A stretch of DNA of 64,000 bases, taken from an uncultured Candidatus Rokubacteria bacterium. Lineage in GTDB: Bacteria > Methylomirabilota > Methylomirabilia > Rokubacteriales > CSP1-6. Under the pieces are notes generated by a model. That model made no database searches, was not told where the DNA came from, and worked only from the letters and a program-made list of their open reading frames with translations. Numbering within the stretch: position 1 is the stretch's first letter; every line of letters begins with the position of its first letter. The stretch spans positions 160,001-224,000 of the forward strand of contig CAVXJS010000010.1 in the NCBI GenBank assembly GCA_963762145.1. Reading direction: 5' to 3'. Position numbers and translations under genes: made by a program. Shown here in pieces: positions 19,310 to 28,965 of this stretch.

Positions 19310-19395
19310 GTTAATTGTTCCCGGTCAAATTGTTCCCGATCCCCGCGCCGGCGGAGCGGGCCGGCGGAAAACGCTAGATTTCTGCCGTTTCCGCC

Positions 19396-19411
19396 CGGCA
19401 TGTCAGTTGCA
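19396..19411 (+). promoter_or_regulatory. sigma-54 promoter for the BON gene (CGGCAT-N5-TTGCA)
   Basis: Close match to YTGGCACG-N4-TTGCW. Confidence 0.65.
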
Positions 19412-19491
19412 ATTCAGGTCGGCGAAGGGCCCAGTCTTAGCGAGTGGGCCGTGGAGGCGGAAGCCACGCGGCCCGGATACGGAGAGACACC

Positions 19492-20343
19492 ATGCATGCA
19501 ATGGCCAAGGTAACCGCGACGGCGACGCTGATCGCGCTGGCATTCGCCGGTACGACCGGGGCGAGTGCCGCGGACAAGAAATCCACGACCGAGTCGATGA
19601 AGACGACGGTCAGCGACTCGTGGATCACCTCCAAGACCAAGATCGCCCTGTTCGCGGACAGCCGCGCGCCCGGCAACGCGGTCAACGTGGAGACGAAGAA
19701 CGGGATGGTGTCTCTCCGCGGCAAGGTGGAGAACGCGACCGAGAAGCAGGCGGCCGAGGAGGTCGCGCGAGGTATCGAGGGCGTGCAGGGCGTCCGGAAC
19801 GAGCTCCAGGTGGTGCCGGGGACCGCGAAGAAGCTGGTCGACGTGAAGGACGACGAGATCACCAAGCAGGTCAAGAGCCGTCTCGAGAAGGACGCGAAGC
19901 TGAAGAGCGTCGACGTGCGGACCGACAACGGGGTGGTGACGCTCCAGGGGCGGCTGCCGAACATCACGGACAGCGCGCGGGCCTCGCAGATGGCGCGGGA
20001 GGTCCCGGGTGTCCGCGCGGTTCGCAATGACACGACCTATGACAACCCGAAGGTGAGTCTCGAGCGCGATCGCCCGGCACGGGCGCGCCCGGTGAGCATG
20101 ACGGGGCCGCAGCACACTGCGCCGCTGGTCGCCGCCCGGACGGACGCCGATGTGCGAATGGTGCAGGAGAAGCTGAAGGACAAGGGCTTCGACCCGGGTC
20201 CGGTGGACGGGGTCTGGGGCCCGCGCACCGCGTCCGCGCTGGCCGAGTACCAGCGGAAGGAGAACCTGACGGTGACGAAGCGCCTGGACCGCGAGACGCT
20301 GGACAAGCTCGCGGTCACTCCGTCGAAGCCGCAGAATCCGTAG
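19492..20343 (+). CDS. OsmY-like protein with two BON domains and a C-terminal peptidoglycan-binding domain
   Basis: Signal peptide, SDSWITSKTK, VNVETKNGMVSL, DDEITKQVK, GPVDGVWGPRTASALAEYQ. Confidence 0.9.
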   Translation: MHAMAKVTATATLIALAFAGTTGASAADKKSTTESMKTTVSDSWITSKTKIALFADSRAPGNAVNVETKNGMVSLRGKVENATEKQAAEEVARGIEGVQGVRNELQVVPGTAKKLVDVKDDEITKQVKSRLEKDAKLKSVDVRTDNGVVTLQGRLPNITDSARASQMAREVPGVRAVRNDTTYDNPKVSLERDRPARARPVSMTGPQHTAPLVAARTDADVRMVQEKLKDKGFDPGPVDGVWGPRTASALAEYQRKENLTVTKRLDRETLDKLAVTPSKPQNP

Positions 20344-20345
20344 CC

Positions 20346-20516
20346 ATGTCATTCGGGCTCTACATCTTCGGGTACGTCGTCCTGATCATCGGCCTGGCGC
20401 TGGGCGCCCATCTGGCGCACGTCCCGCAGAAGTGGATCGGGGTCGGCGTCCTTTGCCTGGTCGGGCTGGCGATCATTCACGGCGTGAAGGCGACCCGACA
20501 GAAGGATCCATCCTAG
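20346..20516 (+). CDS. Small two-helix membrane protein (56 aa)
   Basis: MSFGLYIFGYVVLIIGLALGAHLAHVPQKWIGVGVLCLVGLAIIHGVKATRQKDPS; starts 2 bp after the BON stop; below the ORF-track length cutoff. Confidence 0.75.
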   Translation: MSFGLYIFGYVVLIIGLALGAHLAHVPQKWIGVGVLCLVGLAIIHGVKATRQKDPS

Positions 20517-20537
20517 CGAAGCTCGCCAAGGCGTCGG

Positions 20538-20569
20538 GCGGGTGATCGGGAATCCTACCGATCACCCGC
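20538..20569. terminator. Perfect 12-bp hairpin after the BON operon
   Basis: GCGGGTGATCGG-N8-CCGATCACCCGC; no U-tract. Confidence 0.5.
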
Positions 20570-20679
20570 TGCGCTGCCAGCGCGTCCTTTTCAGGCTCAC
20601 CGAGGCGTTGGTCTCCTGGCCTCAGCCGGAGCGAGTCGGCCCGGTTGACCTCTCGGCCCCGTGAGCATAGGCTCGGCGC

Positions 20680-20883
20680 ATGACGATACGGAGTGCGGCG
20701 TCGCTGGCCCTGATCGGCGCGGTCCTGGTGATGATCGTGCTGGTGATCGGATTCGTCCTCGACCTGCTGAATGTGGTTCGCGGCCTGATCCCAGCGCTGC
20801 GACTGGTCACGTCCTTCATCTACGCGTTCGCGAGCGTGGCGGCGGTCGTGTTCCTGGCTGTCTTTCGCAAAGCCCAGCCGTGA
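20680..20883 (+). CDS. Small hypothetical membrane protein
   Basis: Two hydrophobic helices; TTGACC-N17-TAGGCT just upstream. Confidence 0.6.
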   Translation: MTIRSAASLALIGAVLVMIVLVIGFVLDLLNVVRGLIPALRLVTSFIYAFASVAAVVFLAVFRKAQP

Positions 20884-20892
20884 GGGAGCGCC

Positions 20893-21102
20893 GTGAGGGA
20901 CACCGGGCTCCTCGGCGTGGGGGTGGTCATCGGCTGGCTGGCGAGCAAGACCTGGAGCGACCCCGGCTGCCAGCTGGGTCTGGTCGTCTTCCTGATCGCC
21001 GCGGCCGTCATGACCCTGGGCTTCCTGGTCGCGATAGTCGGTCACCGGCGGGATCCCGTCGCGGACGATCCCGATGATGAGGACGAGCACCATCAGCCCT
21101 GA
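20893..21102 (+). CDS. Small hypothetical membrane protein with an acidic tail
   Basis: GGGAG RBS and GTG start; packed between its neighbours. Confidence 0.5.
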   Translation: MRDTGLLGVGVVIGWLASKTWSDPGCQLGLVVFLIAAAVMTLGFLVAIVGHRRDPVADDPDDEDEHHQP

Positions 21103-21104
21103 CC

Positions 21105-23192
21105 ATGCCTCCTGACGCCCCGACGCAGACCAAGCTCGTCGGGGTCGATGTCGGCGGGACCTTCACCGATCTGGTCCTCGTCGACGAGGCCACCGGCCTG
21201 GTCCGGGTGGCCAAGGTCCCGACGACCGTGGCCAACCAGGCCGGCGGCGTGCAAGGCGCGCTGGCGGGCGCCGCGGCAAGCGCGGCCGAGGTGGCGGTGA
21301 TCGTCCACGGCACGACCACCGCGACCAACGCGCTGCTCGAGCGCAAGGGCGCCCGCACCGGACTCATCACCACGCGTGGCTTCCGCGACGTGCTCGAGCT
21401 GGGGCGGCGCACGCGCCCCACGCCCTACGGGCTCAAGGGCACGTTCGAGGCGCTGATCCCGCGCGATCTCCGCCTCGAGGTGGACGAGCGGATGGACGCC
21501 GAGGGCCTGGTGGTCACGCCGCTGGCCCCGGACCAGGTGCGCGAGGCGGTCCTGCGCCTCCGCGGGCAGGGTGTCGAGGCCCTGGTGATCCACTTCATGC
21601 ACTCGTATCTCAACGACACGCACGAGCGCCAGGCGCGCGAGATCGCGGCCACGCTGTGGCCCAACGCCTACATCACGGTCGGATCCGAGCTGCTGCCCGA
21701 GTACCGCGAGTTCGAGCGCGGCACGACCGCGGCCATCAACGGGTTCGTGCAGCCGATCATCGACCGCTACCTCCGCACGCTGGCCGGCGACCTGGCGCGC
21801 CAGGGTTATCGTCGCGAGCTGCTGATCATGCAGGGCAACGGCGGCACCATGTCGGTGGACCTGGCCGCGCGCCACGCGGTGAGCACGCTCATGTCGGGCC
21901 CCGCGGCGGGCGTGAAGGCGGCCGCCTATACCGCGCTGGCGGCCGGGCACCGCAACATCATCACCTGCGACATGGGCGGGACCAGCTTCGACGTCGGCGT
22001 CATCCGCGACGGCAGGCCCGCGCTCACCGCGGACAAGGAGATGGGCTACGGCCTGCCGGTCCGCGTACCGATGATCGACATTCACACCATCGGCGCCGGG
22101 GGCGGCTCCATCGCCCGCGTGAACTCGGCCGGCATCCTGCAGGTCGGGCCCGAGAGCGCCGGGGCCGATCCCGGGTCCATCTGCTACGGGCGCGGCGGCG
22201 AGGAGCCCACCATCACCGACGCCAACCTGCTGCTCGGGCGCCTCAACCCGGCCGGGCTGCTGGGCGTCGATCGGGCCGCGCAGCTCGACCGCATCCGCGA
22301 GATCTTCGACAAGAAGATCGGCGCGCATCTGGGGCTGGGGCCCGACGAGGTGGCCAGCGCGATCGTGCGGGTGGCCAACGACAAGATGGCCGGGGCGATC
22401 CGCCTGGTGTCGCTCCAGCGCGGCCACGACCCCCGCGACTTCGTGCTCTTCGCCTTCGGCGGCGCCGGCCCGCTCCACGCCGTCGCGCTCGCCCGCGAGC
22501 TGGCGATCCCGCGGGTGCTGGTGCCGGCCCGGCCCGGGATCACCTCGGCGCTCGGCTGCCTGGTGGCCGACGTGCGCCACGACTTCGTGAAGACGGTCAA
22601 CCAGGGCGTGCTGCGCCTGGACCTGGCCGAGGCGCATCGCATCCTGGCATCCCAGGTCGACGAGGGGCGTCGCATGCTGGCCTCCGAAGGGGTGGAGGTC
22701 GAGACCGTGAGCGTCCAGCACGAGGCGGACATGCAGTTCGTCGGGCAGACCCACGTGCTGACGGTGCCCATCGCGCGGGCCGCCTTCGAGCGCGAGGACC
22801 TGATGCGCGCCTTCGAGACCGCGTACTGGGAGCGCTTCGAGGTGGAGCTGCGCGAGATGCGCGCCCAGGTCGTGAGCCTGCGCACCGCGGTGATCGGCCG
22901 GCGCCGCCCGGTGTCGCTCGAGGGGCTCATCACCCTCGAGCGGGCGGCCGCGGGCGGGACGGTGCCGACCGCGCGCCGGCGCGCCTGGTTCGACGGCGAG
23001 TGGCGCGACACGCCGGTGTACCGCCGGGAGCAGCTCGGCGTCGGCGCGGAGCTCGTGGGGCCCGCCATCGTCGAGCAGCTCGATTCCACCACCGTGATCG
23101 AGCCGGGGGACCGGGTGCGCGTGGATCCGCTCGGCAACCTCGAGATCACCGTCCGCGGCCTCGATGCCGTGACGCCACCGGAGACCCGTTAA
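21105..23192 (+). CDS. hyuA: Hydantoinase A / 5-oxoprolinase family ATP-dependent subunit
   Basis: GVDVGGTFTD, HGTTTATNALL, SGPAAG, DMGGTSFD, GAGGGSIA, FGGAGPLH. Confidence 0.92.
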   Translation: MPPDAPTQTKLVGVDVGGTFTDLVLVDEATGLVRVAKVPTTVANQAGGVQGALAGAAASAAEVAVIVHGTTTATNALLERKGARTGLITTRGFRDVLELGRRTRPTPYGLKGTFEALIPRDLRLEVDERMDAEGLVVTPLAPDQVREAVLRLRGQGVEALVIHFMHSYLNDTHERQAREIAATLWPNAYITVGSELLPEYREFERGTTAAINGFVQPIIDRYLRTLAGDLARQGYRRELLIMQGNGGTMSVDLAARHAVSTLMSGPAAGVKAAAYTALAAGHRNIITCDMGGTSFDVGVIRDGRPALTADKEMGYGLPVRVPMIDIHTIGAGGGSIARVNSAGILQVGPESAGADPGSICYGRGGEEPTITDANLLLGRLNPAGLLGVDRAAQLDRIREIFDKKIGAHLGLGPDEVASAIVRVANDKMAGAIRLVSLQRGHDPRDFVLFAFGGAGPLHAVALARELAIPRVLVPARPGITSALGCLVADVRHDFVKTVNQGVLRLDLAEAHRILASQVDEGRRMLASEGVEVETVSVQHEADMQFVGQTHVLTVPIARAAFEREDLMRAFETAYWERFEVELREMRAQVVSLRTAVIGRRRPVSLEGLITLERAAAGGTVPTARRRAWFDGEWRDTPVYRREQLGVGAELVGPAIVEQLDSTTVIEPGDRVRVDPLGNLEITVRGLDAVTPPETR

Positions 23193-23194
23193 CC

Positions 23195-23728
23195 ATGGCC
23201 CAGACCCCCGTGATCAAGAACGATGAAGCGCAGCTCAGCCCGCAGCTCGTGCTCGACGAGATGAAGAAGAACGGGGTGACCCACGTGGTGTGGCTCCCCG
23301 ACAGCGAGACCAACTTCCTCTACCAGCTCATGCAGGCCGATCCGTCGCTGCAGCTGGTGCCGGTCAGCCGGGAGGGGTTGGCGTTCTCGATCGCCTCCGG
23401 CCTCTCGACGGCGGGGCAGACGCCGATCATCCTGATCCAGAACACGGGCCTCATGGAGTCGGGCGACTCACTCCGGGGCTGGGCGATCGGGATGCAGATC
23501 CCGGTGGTGATGATGGTGGGCTACCGTGGGTGGACCCGCCACGGGGTGAACACGGACACCGCGGCCACCTACACCGAGCGCTTCCTCAACGCCTTCGGCA
23601 TCACGTACTACCTCGTCGAGACCTCGGCCGACGCCCCGCGTATCTCCATCGCGTTCGAGGAGGCACGCCGCACCCAGCGGCCGGTGGCGGTGCTGATGGC
23701 CGACGAGTATCACGGGTTCAACCGCTAG
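23195..23728 (+). CDS. ThDP-dependent decarboxylase alpha subunit (PYR domain; sulfopyruvate/phosphonopyruvate decarboxylase-like)
   Basis: VVWLPDS, VSREG, IQNTG, IPVVMMVGYRG. Confidence 0.8.
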   Translation: MAQTPVIKNDEAQLSPQLVLDEMKKNGVTHVVWLPDSETNFLYQLMQADPSLQLVPVSREGLAFSIASGLSTAGQTPIILIQNTGLMESGDSLRGWAIGMQIPVVMMVGYRGWTRHGVNTDTAATYTERFLNAFGITYYLVETSADAPRISIAFEEARRTQRPVAVLMADEYHGFNR

Positions 23729-23738
23729 GAGGGCGCCC

Positions 23739-24326
23739 TTGTTCCAGACCGCCGACATGCTCCGGATCTTCAACGCCCACCGCGGCGACGCCATCGTGGT
23801 GCCGGGCCGCGGCGCCCGGCACTGGCAGCAGATCAGCACGCGGCCGACCCGCGACGTGCCGGTCGGCGACCCCGCGATGGGCGGGCACGCCGGCTTCGCG
23901 CTCGGCCTGGCCCTTGCTCGCCCGGCCGACCGCGTCGTGCTCTTCGACTCCGAGGGCGACTTGCTGATGAGCCTCGGCATCCTGCCCACCGTCGCCGAGC
24001 TGGCGCCCGCCAACTTCTACCACTTCATGCTCGACAACGAGTGCTACGCCACCACTGGCGGGCAGCCGGTGCCCAACGCGAAGAACGTGGCGTACGACGT
24101 GATTGCGCGCGGGGCGGGCTATCCGCGGGCGTTCGCCTTCGACAAGCTCGAGGACTTCGAGGGGAGCATCGCGTCCATCCTGGCCCAGCCGGGCCCGGTG
24201 TTCGTGGCGCTCAAGGTGGTGCCGGAGGTCGAGAACGTCCCGATCGGCCAGCGGGTGCGCTGGCAGACGCGCACGCGCGACCGCGTGCTGGCCGACCTGC
24301 GCGCCGAGCTGGGCGTTGCGCGGTAA
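23739..24326 (+). CDS. ThDP-dependent decarboxylase beta subunit (PP domain)
   Basis: AMG...LGLALARP, SEGDLLMSLG...DNECYATTGGQ, a variant of GDG-X-NN. Confidence 0.8.
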   Translation: MFQTADMLRIFNAHRGDAIVVPGRGARHWQQISTRPTRDVPVGDPAMGGHAGFALGLALARPADRVVLFDSEGDLLMSLGILPTVAELAPANFYHFMLDNECYATTGGQPVPNAKNVAYDVIARGAGYPRAFAFDKLEDFEGSIASILAQPGPVFVALKVVPEVENVPIGQRVRWQTRTRDRVLADLRAELGVAR

Positions 24327-24333
24327 TTCCCCC

Positions 24334-26100
24334 ATGGATGCGACGGACGCGATCGATCCGGTCACGCTGGTCGTCGTGCAGAACGGCCTGCAGCAGGTGG
24401 CGAGCGAGATGGACCTCACCTTCGAGCGGGCCGCCTTCTCGCCGGTCATCTCCGAGGGGTTCGACCGCTCGGACGGCATCTACTCGCGCGAGAACGGCGA
24501 GGTCATCGCCCAGGGCGAGCTGGGGCTGCCCATCTTCGTGGGCGTCATGCAGTTCACGACCCGCGCGGTGATCGACCACGTGAAGGCGGCGGCGGAGCCG
24601 CTCAAGCCCGGCGACATCTTCATCGTCAACGATCCCTACTGCGGCGGCACCCATCTGATGGACGTCAAGATGGTGAAGCCCTACTTCTACCGCGGGGAGC
24701 TCTGGGCCTATCTCTCGAACACCGGCCACTGGCCCGACACCGGCGGCTCGGTGCCCGGCGGGTTCTCCACGCGGGCCACCGAGGTCCAGCAGGAGGGCCT
24801 GCGGCTGCCCCCGGTGAAGCTCTTCCGCGAAGGCGTGATGCAGCCCGACATCCTGAGCATCATCCTGGCCAACATCCGGGTCCCGGAAGAGCGCATCGGC
24901 GACATCAAGGCCCAGGTGGCCGCGCTCACCGTGGGCGAGAAGCGCCTCACCGCGCTGCTCGACCGCTACGGCGAGGCCACCGTGACCGCGTGCATCGCCG
25001 AGCTGCGCCGCCGCTCGGACCTGATGATGCGGGCGCACATCGCCAAGATCCCGGACGGCGCCTACGCGGGCGAGGCCTTCGTGGACTCGGACGGCGTGGA
25101 CCCCGACCCGCTGAGGATCAGCCTCCGGTTACGGAAAGACGGCACGGATCTGCACTTCGACTTCTCGGAGTCGAGCGGGCCGTGCCGCGGGCCGCTGAAC
25201 AGCGTGATCGCCACCACCAAGGCCGCGGTGTACCTGGCCATCAAGCACGTCTTCCCGGACGTGCCGATCAACGCGGGCTGCTTCGAGCCCCTGCACATCG
25301 CCGATCCGCACGGGACCTTCCTCTACGCCCGCTACCCGCGGCCGGTCTCGGGCTGCGCCGCCGAGGTGAGCTCGCGCATCGCGGAGTCGGTGTTCACCAC
25401 GCTGGCCCAGGCCATCCCCGACGACCTCTTCGCCGCCCCCGCCGGCACGAGCGGCAACCTGACGCTGGGGGGTCACGACCCGCTGAAGGAGCGGCACTAC
25501 ATCATGTACGTCTTCAGCGGCGGCGGGTACGGAGGCAGCGCCGACGGCGACGGGCTCACCAACGGCTGCTCGACCATCGGCATCTCCAAGACGCAGCCCA
25601 CCGAGGTGCTCGAGCAGCACTACCCGATCCTGTTCGAGCGCTACGCGCTCCGCGAGGGCTCGGGCGGGGCGGGGAAGACGCGCGGCGGCTTCGGCGTCGA
25701 CTACAAGATCCGGATCCGCCGCGGCGAGGCCCTGCTGTCGTTTCTCATGGACCACGGCCGCTTCGGGCCGCCCGGCCTCTTCGGGGGCCGCGACGGCGCG
25801 CCCAACCAGGTAGTCGTGACCCGCCAGGGGGGTGACTACGTCTCCCCGCATCTGTCGAAGGACGAGGACATCCGCGTGGTGGCCGGCGACGCCATCTCGG
25901 TGGGCACGCCGGGCGGCGGGGGCTACGGCGATCCCTGGCAGCGGGATCCCGCGCTGGTCGCGCGCGACGTGGCGCGCGGCTACTTCACGGCCGCCGATGC
26001 CGCGCGTGACTACGGCGTGGTCGTGACCGCCGCCGATCCGCCCGTCCTCGACGCCCGCGCCACCGAGGAGCTCCGTCGAGGAGGTCGTCCGAAGACGTAA
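24334..26100 (+). CDS. hyuB: Hydantoinase B / oxoprolinase family subunit
   Basis: DPVTL, FSPVI, NDPYCGGTHLMD, HWPDTGG, GSGGAGKTRGG, TPGGGGYGDP. Confidence 0.92.
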   Translation: MDATDAIDPVTLVVVQNGLQQVASEMDLTFERAAFSPVISEGFDRSDGIYSRENGEVIAQGELGLPIFVGVMQFTTRAVIDHVKAAAEPLKPGDIFIVNDPYCGGTHLMDVKMVKPYFYRGELWAYLSNTGHWPDTGGSVPGGFSTRATEVQQEGLRLPPVKLFREGVMQPDILSIILANIRVPEERIGDIKAQVAALTVGEKRLTALLDRYGEATVTACIAELRRRSDLMMRAHIAKIPDGAYAGEAFVDSDGVDPDPLRISLRLRKDGTDLHFDFSESSGPCRGPLNSVIATTKAAVYLAIKHVFPDVPINAGCFEPLHIADPHGTFLYARYPRPVSGCAAEVSSRIAESVFTTLAQAIPDDLFAAPAGTSGNLTLGGHDPLKERHYIMYVFSGGGYGGSADGDGLTNGCSTIGISKTQPTEVLEQHYPILFERYALREGSGGAGKTRGGFGVDYKIRIRRGEALLSFLMDHGRFGPPGLFGGRDGAPNQVVVTRQGGDYVSPHLSKDEDIRVVAGDAISVGTPGGGGYGDPWQRDPALVARDVARGYFTAADAARDYGVVVTAADPPVLDARATEELRRGGRPKT

Positions 26101-26153
26101 GGTGGACGCCTAGCCTGCTCTATTCAAGAACGCGTGTTCCGCGTCCGATGCGC

Positions 26154-26191
26154 CCCCTCACCCTGTCCCTCTCCCCCTCCGGGGGCGAGGG
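26154..26191 (+). repeat. Palindromic element, slightly diverged
   Basis: CCCCTCACCC-TGT-CCCTCTCCCCC-TCC-GGGGGCGAGGG. Confidence 0.9.
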
Positions 26192-26202
26192 GATCGAAGA
26201 GG

Positions 26203-26979
26203 CTAGTGCATGACGAGGCCGCCATCGACGCTGATGGCCTGGCCCGTCATGTAGGCGGCCTTGCTCCCGGCGAGGAAGCCGATCACGTTCGCCACGTCCT
26301 CCGCCCGCTCCATCCGGCCCAGGGGCACGGTGGCCAGGCGCCGGCGCGTGAACTCCTCGGCCGGAACGCCGGACAGCGCGCCCAGCTCGGCGGAGACGGT
26401 CGTCCACATGTCGGTCTCGACGAAGCCCGGGCAGACGCAGTTCACCCGGATGCCGTCGGCGGCGTGGGCCAGGGCGAGGCTCTTGGTGATGCTGATCACG
26501 GCCGCCTTGCTCGCGTTGTAGGGGAGGTTGCTGGCGCTGCCGACCTTGCCCGCCATCGAGGCCAGATTGATGATGGCGCCGCGCTTCTGCGCGATCATGG
26601 TCGGCAGCGCGGCCTGGCTGGCGAAGAAGACCGCCCTGGCGTTGATGGTCAGCACCGCGTCCCAGTGATCCTCCGTGATCTGGAGCGTCGAGGCGGCGCG
26701 GTAGATCCCGGCGTTGTTCACGAGGATGTCGACGCGACCGAATGCCGCGCGGGTCCGCTCGACCATGGCGGTGAGGTCGGCTCGGCGGGTGACGTCGGTC
26801 GGCAGGGCGAGCGCGCGGCGGCCGAGCGCGGTCACCTCGCCGGCGGTGCGCTCGGCGCCCGGCTTGTCGAGCTCGGCGACGACGACGTCGGCGCCCAGCC
26901 GGGCCAGCTCGAGGGCGGTGGCGCGGCCGATGCCTCGGCCGGCGCCGGTGACGATCGCGATCTGGCCTTGCAGGTCCAT
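26203..26979 (-). CDS. SDR-family oxidoreductase
   Basis: TGAGRGIG, NNAG, YNASK. Confidence 0.92.
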   Translation of the reverse strand: MDLQGQIAIVTGAGRGIGRATALELARLGADVVVAELDKPGAERTAGEVTALGRRALALPTDVTRRADLTAMVERTRAAFGRVDILVNNAGIYRAASTLQITEDHWDAVLTINARAVFFASQAALPTMIAQKRGAIINLASMAGKVGSASNLPYNASKAAVISITKSLALAHAADGIRVNCVCPGFVETDMWTTVSAELGALSGVPAEEFTRRRLATVPLGRMERAEDVANVIGFLAGSKAAYMTGQAISVDGGLVMH

Positions 26980-26988
26980 GGGTGACCA

Positions 26989-27023
26989 CCCCTCACCCTG
27001 CCCTCTCCCCTGAGGGGAGAGGG
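26989..27023 (+). repeat. 35-bp palindromic element
   Basis: Consensus match, inside an operon, 9 bp upstream of the SDR start. Confidence 0.95.
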
Positions 27024-27035
27024 TGGGTTGGTGTT

Positions 27036-28061
27036 TTAGGTTTCGGCTTCGATTAGCTCGCGGGGGTCCTGGGACGGCTTGTAGCCCATGTGGGTCGGGA
27101 ACTCGTCGCTCAGCGGCCACGGCTTCGGGAACTTGAGCCAGAGGCGCAGCATGTGGCGCTTCTGGTCGGGCGCCGGGCCGTCGATGAAGCCGGTGCGCGA
27201 GTGGAGGATCGTGTAGTTGTTGATGAACTGGATGTCGCCCGGCTCCAGGTCCATGTCCAGGCGCAGGTCCGCCCGCCGGGTCTGCTCGTCGAGGAAGTCG
27301 AGCGCCGCGCGCTCGAAGGTGGTGAGCGGCACCTCGCGCTTCACGGCCCCCGCGTTGATCTGGTTGCGGATGTAGCGGCAGCTCACGACGCCGTCCTGGT
27401 GGCCGAACACCGGGATCGGGCGCTCGGAGACGCCGCGTTCGGTCAGGGCCGCCTCCCGGCGGATGTAGTAGTAGCCGTTGTAGAGGAGGCCGAGGTACTC
27501 GGGATGCTGGGCCAGGATCTCGTTGTGCACGGTCGTCGAGCTCACGATGCTGCTGAGGCCGCCTTCGAGGCCCCGGCGCAGGCAGAGCAGCCCCACCATG
27601 TCGCCCGCGTCGGTGTGGTACGGCAGGTAGGCGTTGGTCTCGTAGCCGCGCACGTCGATGTTGCCGTAGGTCCGCCCGTGGTCGTAGACGTGGCCGAGCA
27701 GCTCGCCCTGGGGGTTCTGGTAGAGCGGCCCTCCCATGTAGCGGCCGAAGCCCCAGAAGATCAGGCCGACGTCGTCGTCGCTGTACCGGCGGACGGGCAG
27801 GCCGCGGAGCACGACGAACCCGCGGCCGTCATACATCTCGGTCACCGCCTCCGCGAGCCGGCTCCGCATCACGGTGAGCGGGAAGTGCTCGCGCTGGATC
27901 CCCTCGAGCGTCACGCCCGAGGCCTTCGCGGTGGTCAGCGCGCGGTCGATGTCCGCGATCTCGGCCTCGGTGAGCGTGACGATCCAGGAGGCCTCGCGCG
28001 CGAGCGTCTCGCCGCGCCAGGCCTTGGGGTTGGTGATCGGGGTCATGCGGATGTCGCTCAC
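27036..28061 (-). CDS. TauD/TfdA-family Fe(II)/2-oxoglutarate dioxygenase
   Basis: YHTD facial triad, NNYTILHSR, RHMLRLWL. Confidence 0.9.
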   Translation of the reverse strand: MSDIRMTPITNPKAWRGETLAREASWIVTLTEAEIADIDRALTTAKASGVTLEGIQREHFPLTVMRSRLAEAVTEMYDGRGFVVLRGLPVRRYSDDDVGLIFWGFGRYMGGPLYQNPQGELLGHVYDHGRTYGNIDVRGYETNAYLPYHTDAGDMVGLLCLRRGLEGGLSSIVSSTTVHNEILAQHPEYLGLLYNGYYYIRREAALTERGVSERPIPVFGHQDGVVSCRYIRNQINAGAVKREVPLTTFERAALDFLDEQTRRADLRLDMDLEPGDIQFINNYTILHSRTGFIDGPAPDQKRHMLRLWLKFPKPWPLSDEFPTHMGYKPSQDPRELIEAET

Positions 28062-28083
28062 GAAGGTCTCCTTCTGGCGATGG

Positions 28084-28965
28084 CTACGACTGGTGTCGCG
28101 GATCGAGCGCGTCGCGCAGGCCGTCGCCCAGCACGTTCAGAGCCATGACGATCCCGAAGATCATCAGGCCCGGATAGAGCGCCATCCAGGGCGCCTGCGA
28201 GAGATAGCGCTGGGCCGCGTTGAGCATGCTGCCCCACGACGGCGCGGGCGGCTGCTGGCCCAGCCCCAGGAACGAGAGGCTCGCCTCGGCGATGATGGCC
28301 GCGGCCACCGTGAGGCTCACCTGGATGAAGAGCGGCGGCAGCGTGTTGGGCAGGATGTGGCGGAGCGCGACGCGGCGCCGCGAGCAGCCCAGGGCCTGCG
28401 CCGCCTCCACGTATTCCTCCGTCTTGATCGCGAGCACGGTGCCGCGCACGAGCCGGACGAAGGTCGGCAGGGCCGCGATCCCGATCGCGATCATGGCGTT
28501 GCGGAGGCCCGGACCGAGAAAGGCGGCCAGCGCGATGGCCACGATGAGGAACGGGATCGAGAGCATGGCGTCGTTGATGCGCATTATAAGCCCATCCACC
28601 CAGCCCCCGAGGTAGCCGGAGAGGAGGCCGAGCGGCACGCTGAGCGCCACCGCGATGGTGACCGGGATGATGCCGGCGAGCAGCGAGGCGCGCGCGCCCC
28701 AGAGCAGGCGCGACAGCACGTCACGGCCGACCTCGTCGGTGCCGAGCGGGTGGACCGCGGACGGGGCCTTGCGTATCGCGCGGTAGTCGATCGCGGTCGG
28801 GTCGAACGGCGCCAGCTGCGGCGCCGCGAGCGCCACCACGACGAACCCGAGGACGACAGCGAGCGCGGCGATTGCCGCCGGCCGGCGCGCCAATTGCCGC
28901 ACGGCCTTGTAGCGCCGGCGGGGGGCCATCGTGGGCGCGACGAGCACGGCCGAGGCGTCACTCAC
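28084..28965 (-). CDS. Peptide ABC permease (DppC family)
   Basis: HPLGTDEVGRD, EASLSFLGLG, GDGLRDALDP; GTGA overlap with the upstream gene. Confidence 0.92.
   Translation of the reverse strand: MSDASAVLVAPTMAPRRRYKAVRQLARRPAAIAALAVVLGFVVVALAAPQLAPFDPTAIDYRAIRKAPSAVHPLGTDEVGRDVLSRLLWGARASLLAGIIPVTIAVALSVPLGLLSGYLGGWVDGLIMRINDAMLSIPFLIVAIALAAFLGPGLRNAMIAIGIAALPTFVRLVRGTVLAIKTEEYVEAAQALGCSRRRVALRHILPNTLPPLFIQVSLTVAAAIIAEASLSFLGLGQQPPAPSWGSMLNAAQRYLSQAPWMALYPGLMIFGIVMALNVLGDGLRDALDPRHQS

Noticed and set aside
16934-19513. Long alternative-frame and antisense ORFs (also 31538-34243, 46810-49218, 33633-35885 and many others)
   Set aside because: These are shadow ORFs expected at very high GC; they have no recognisable motifs and overlap well-supported genes.
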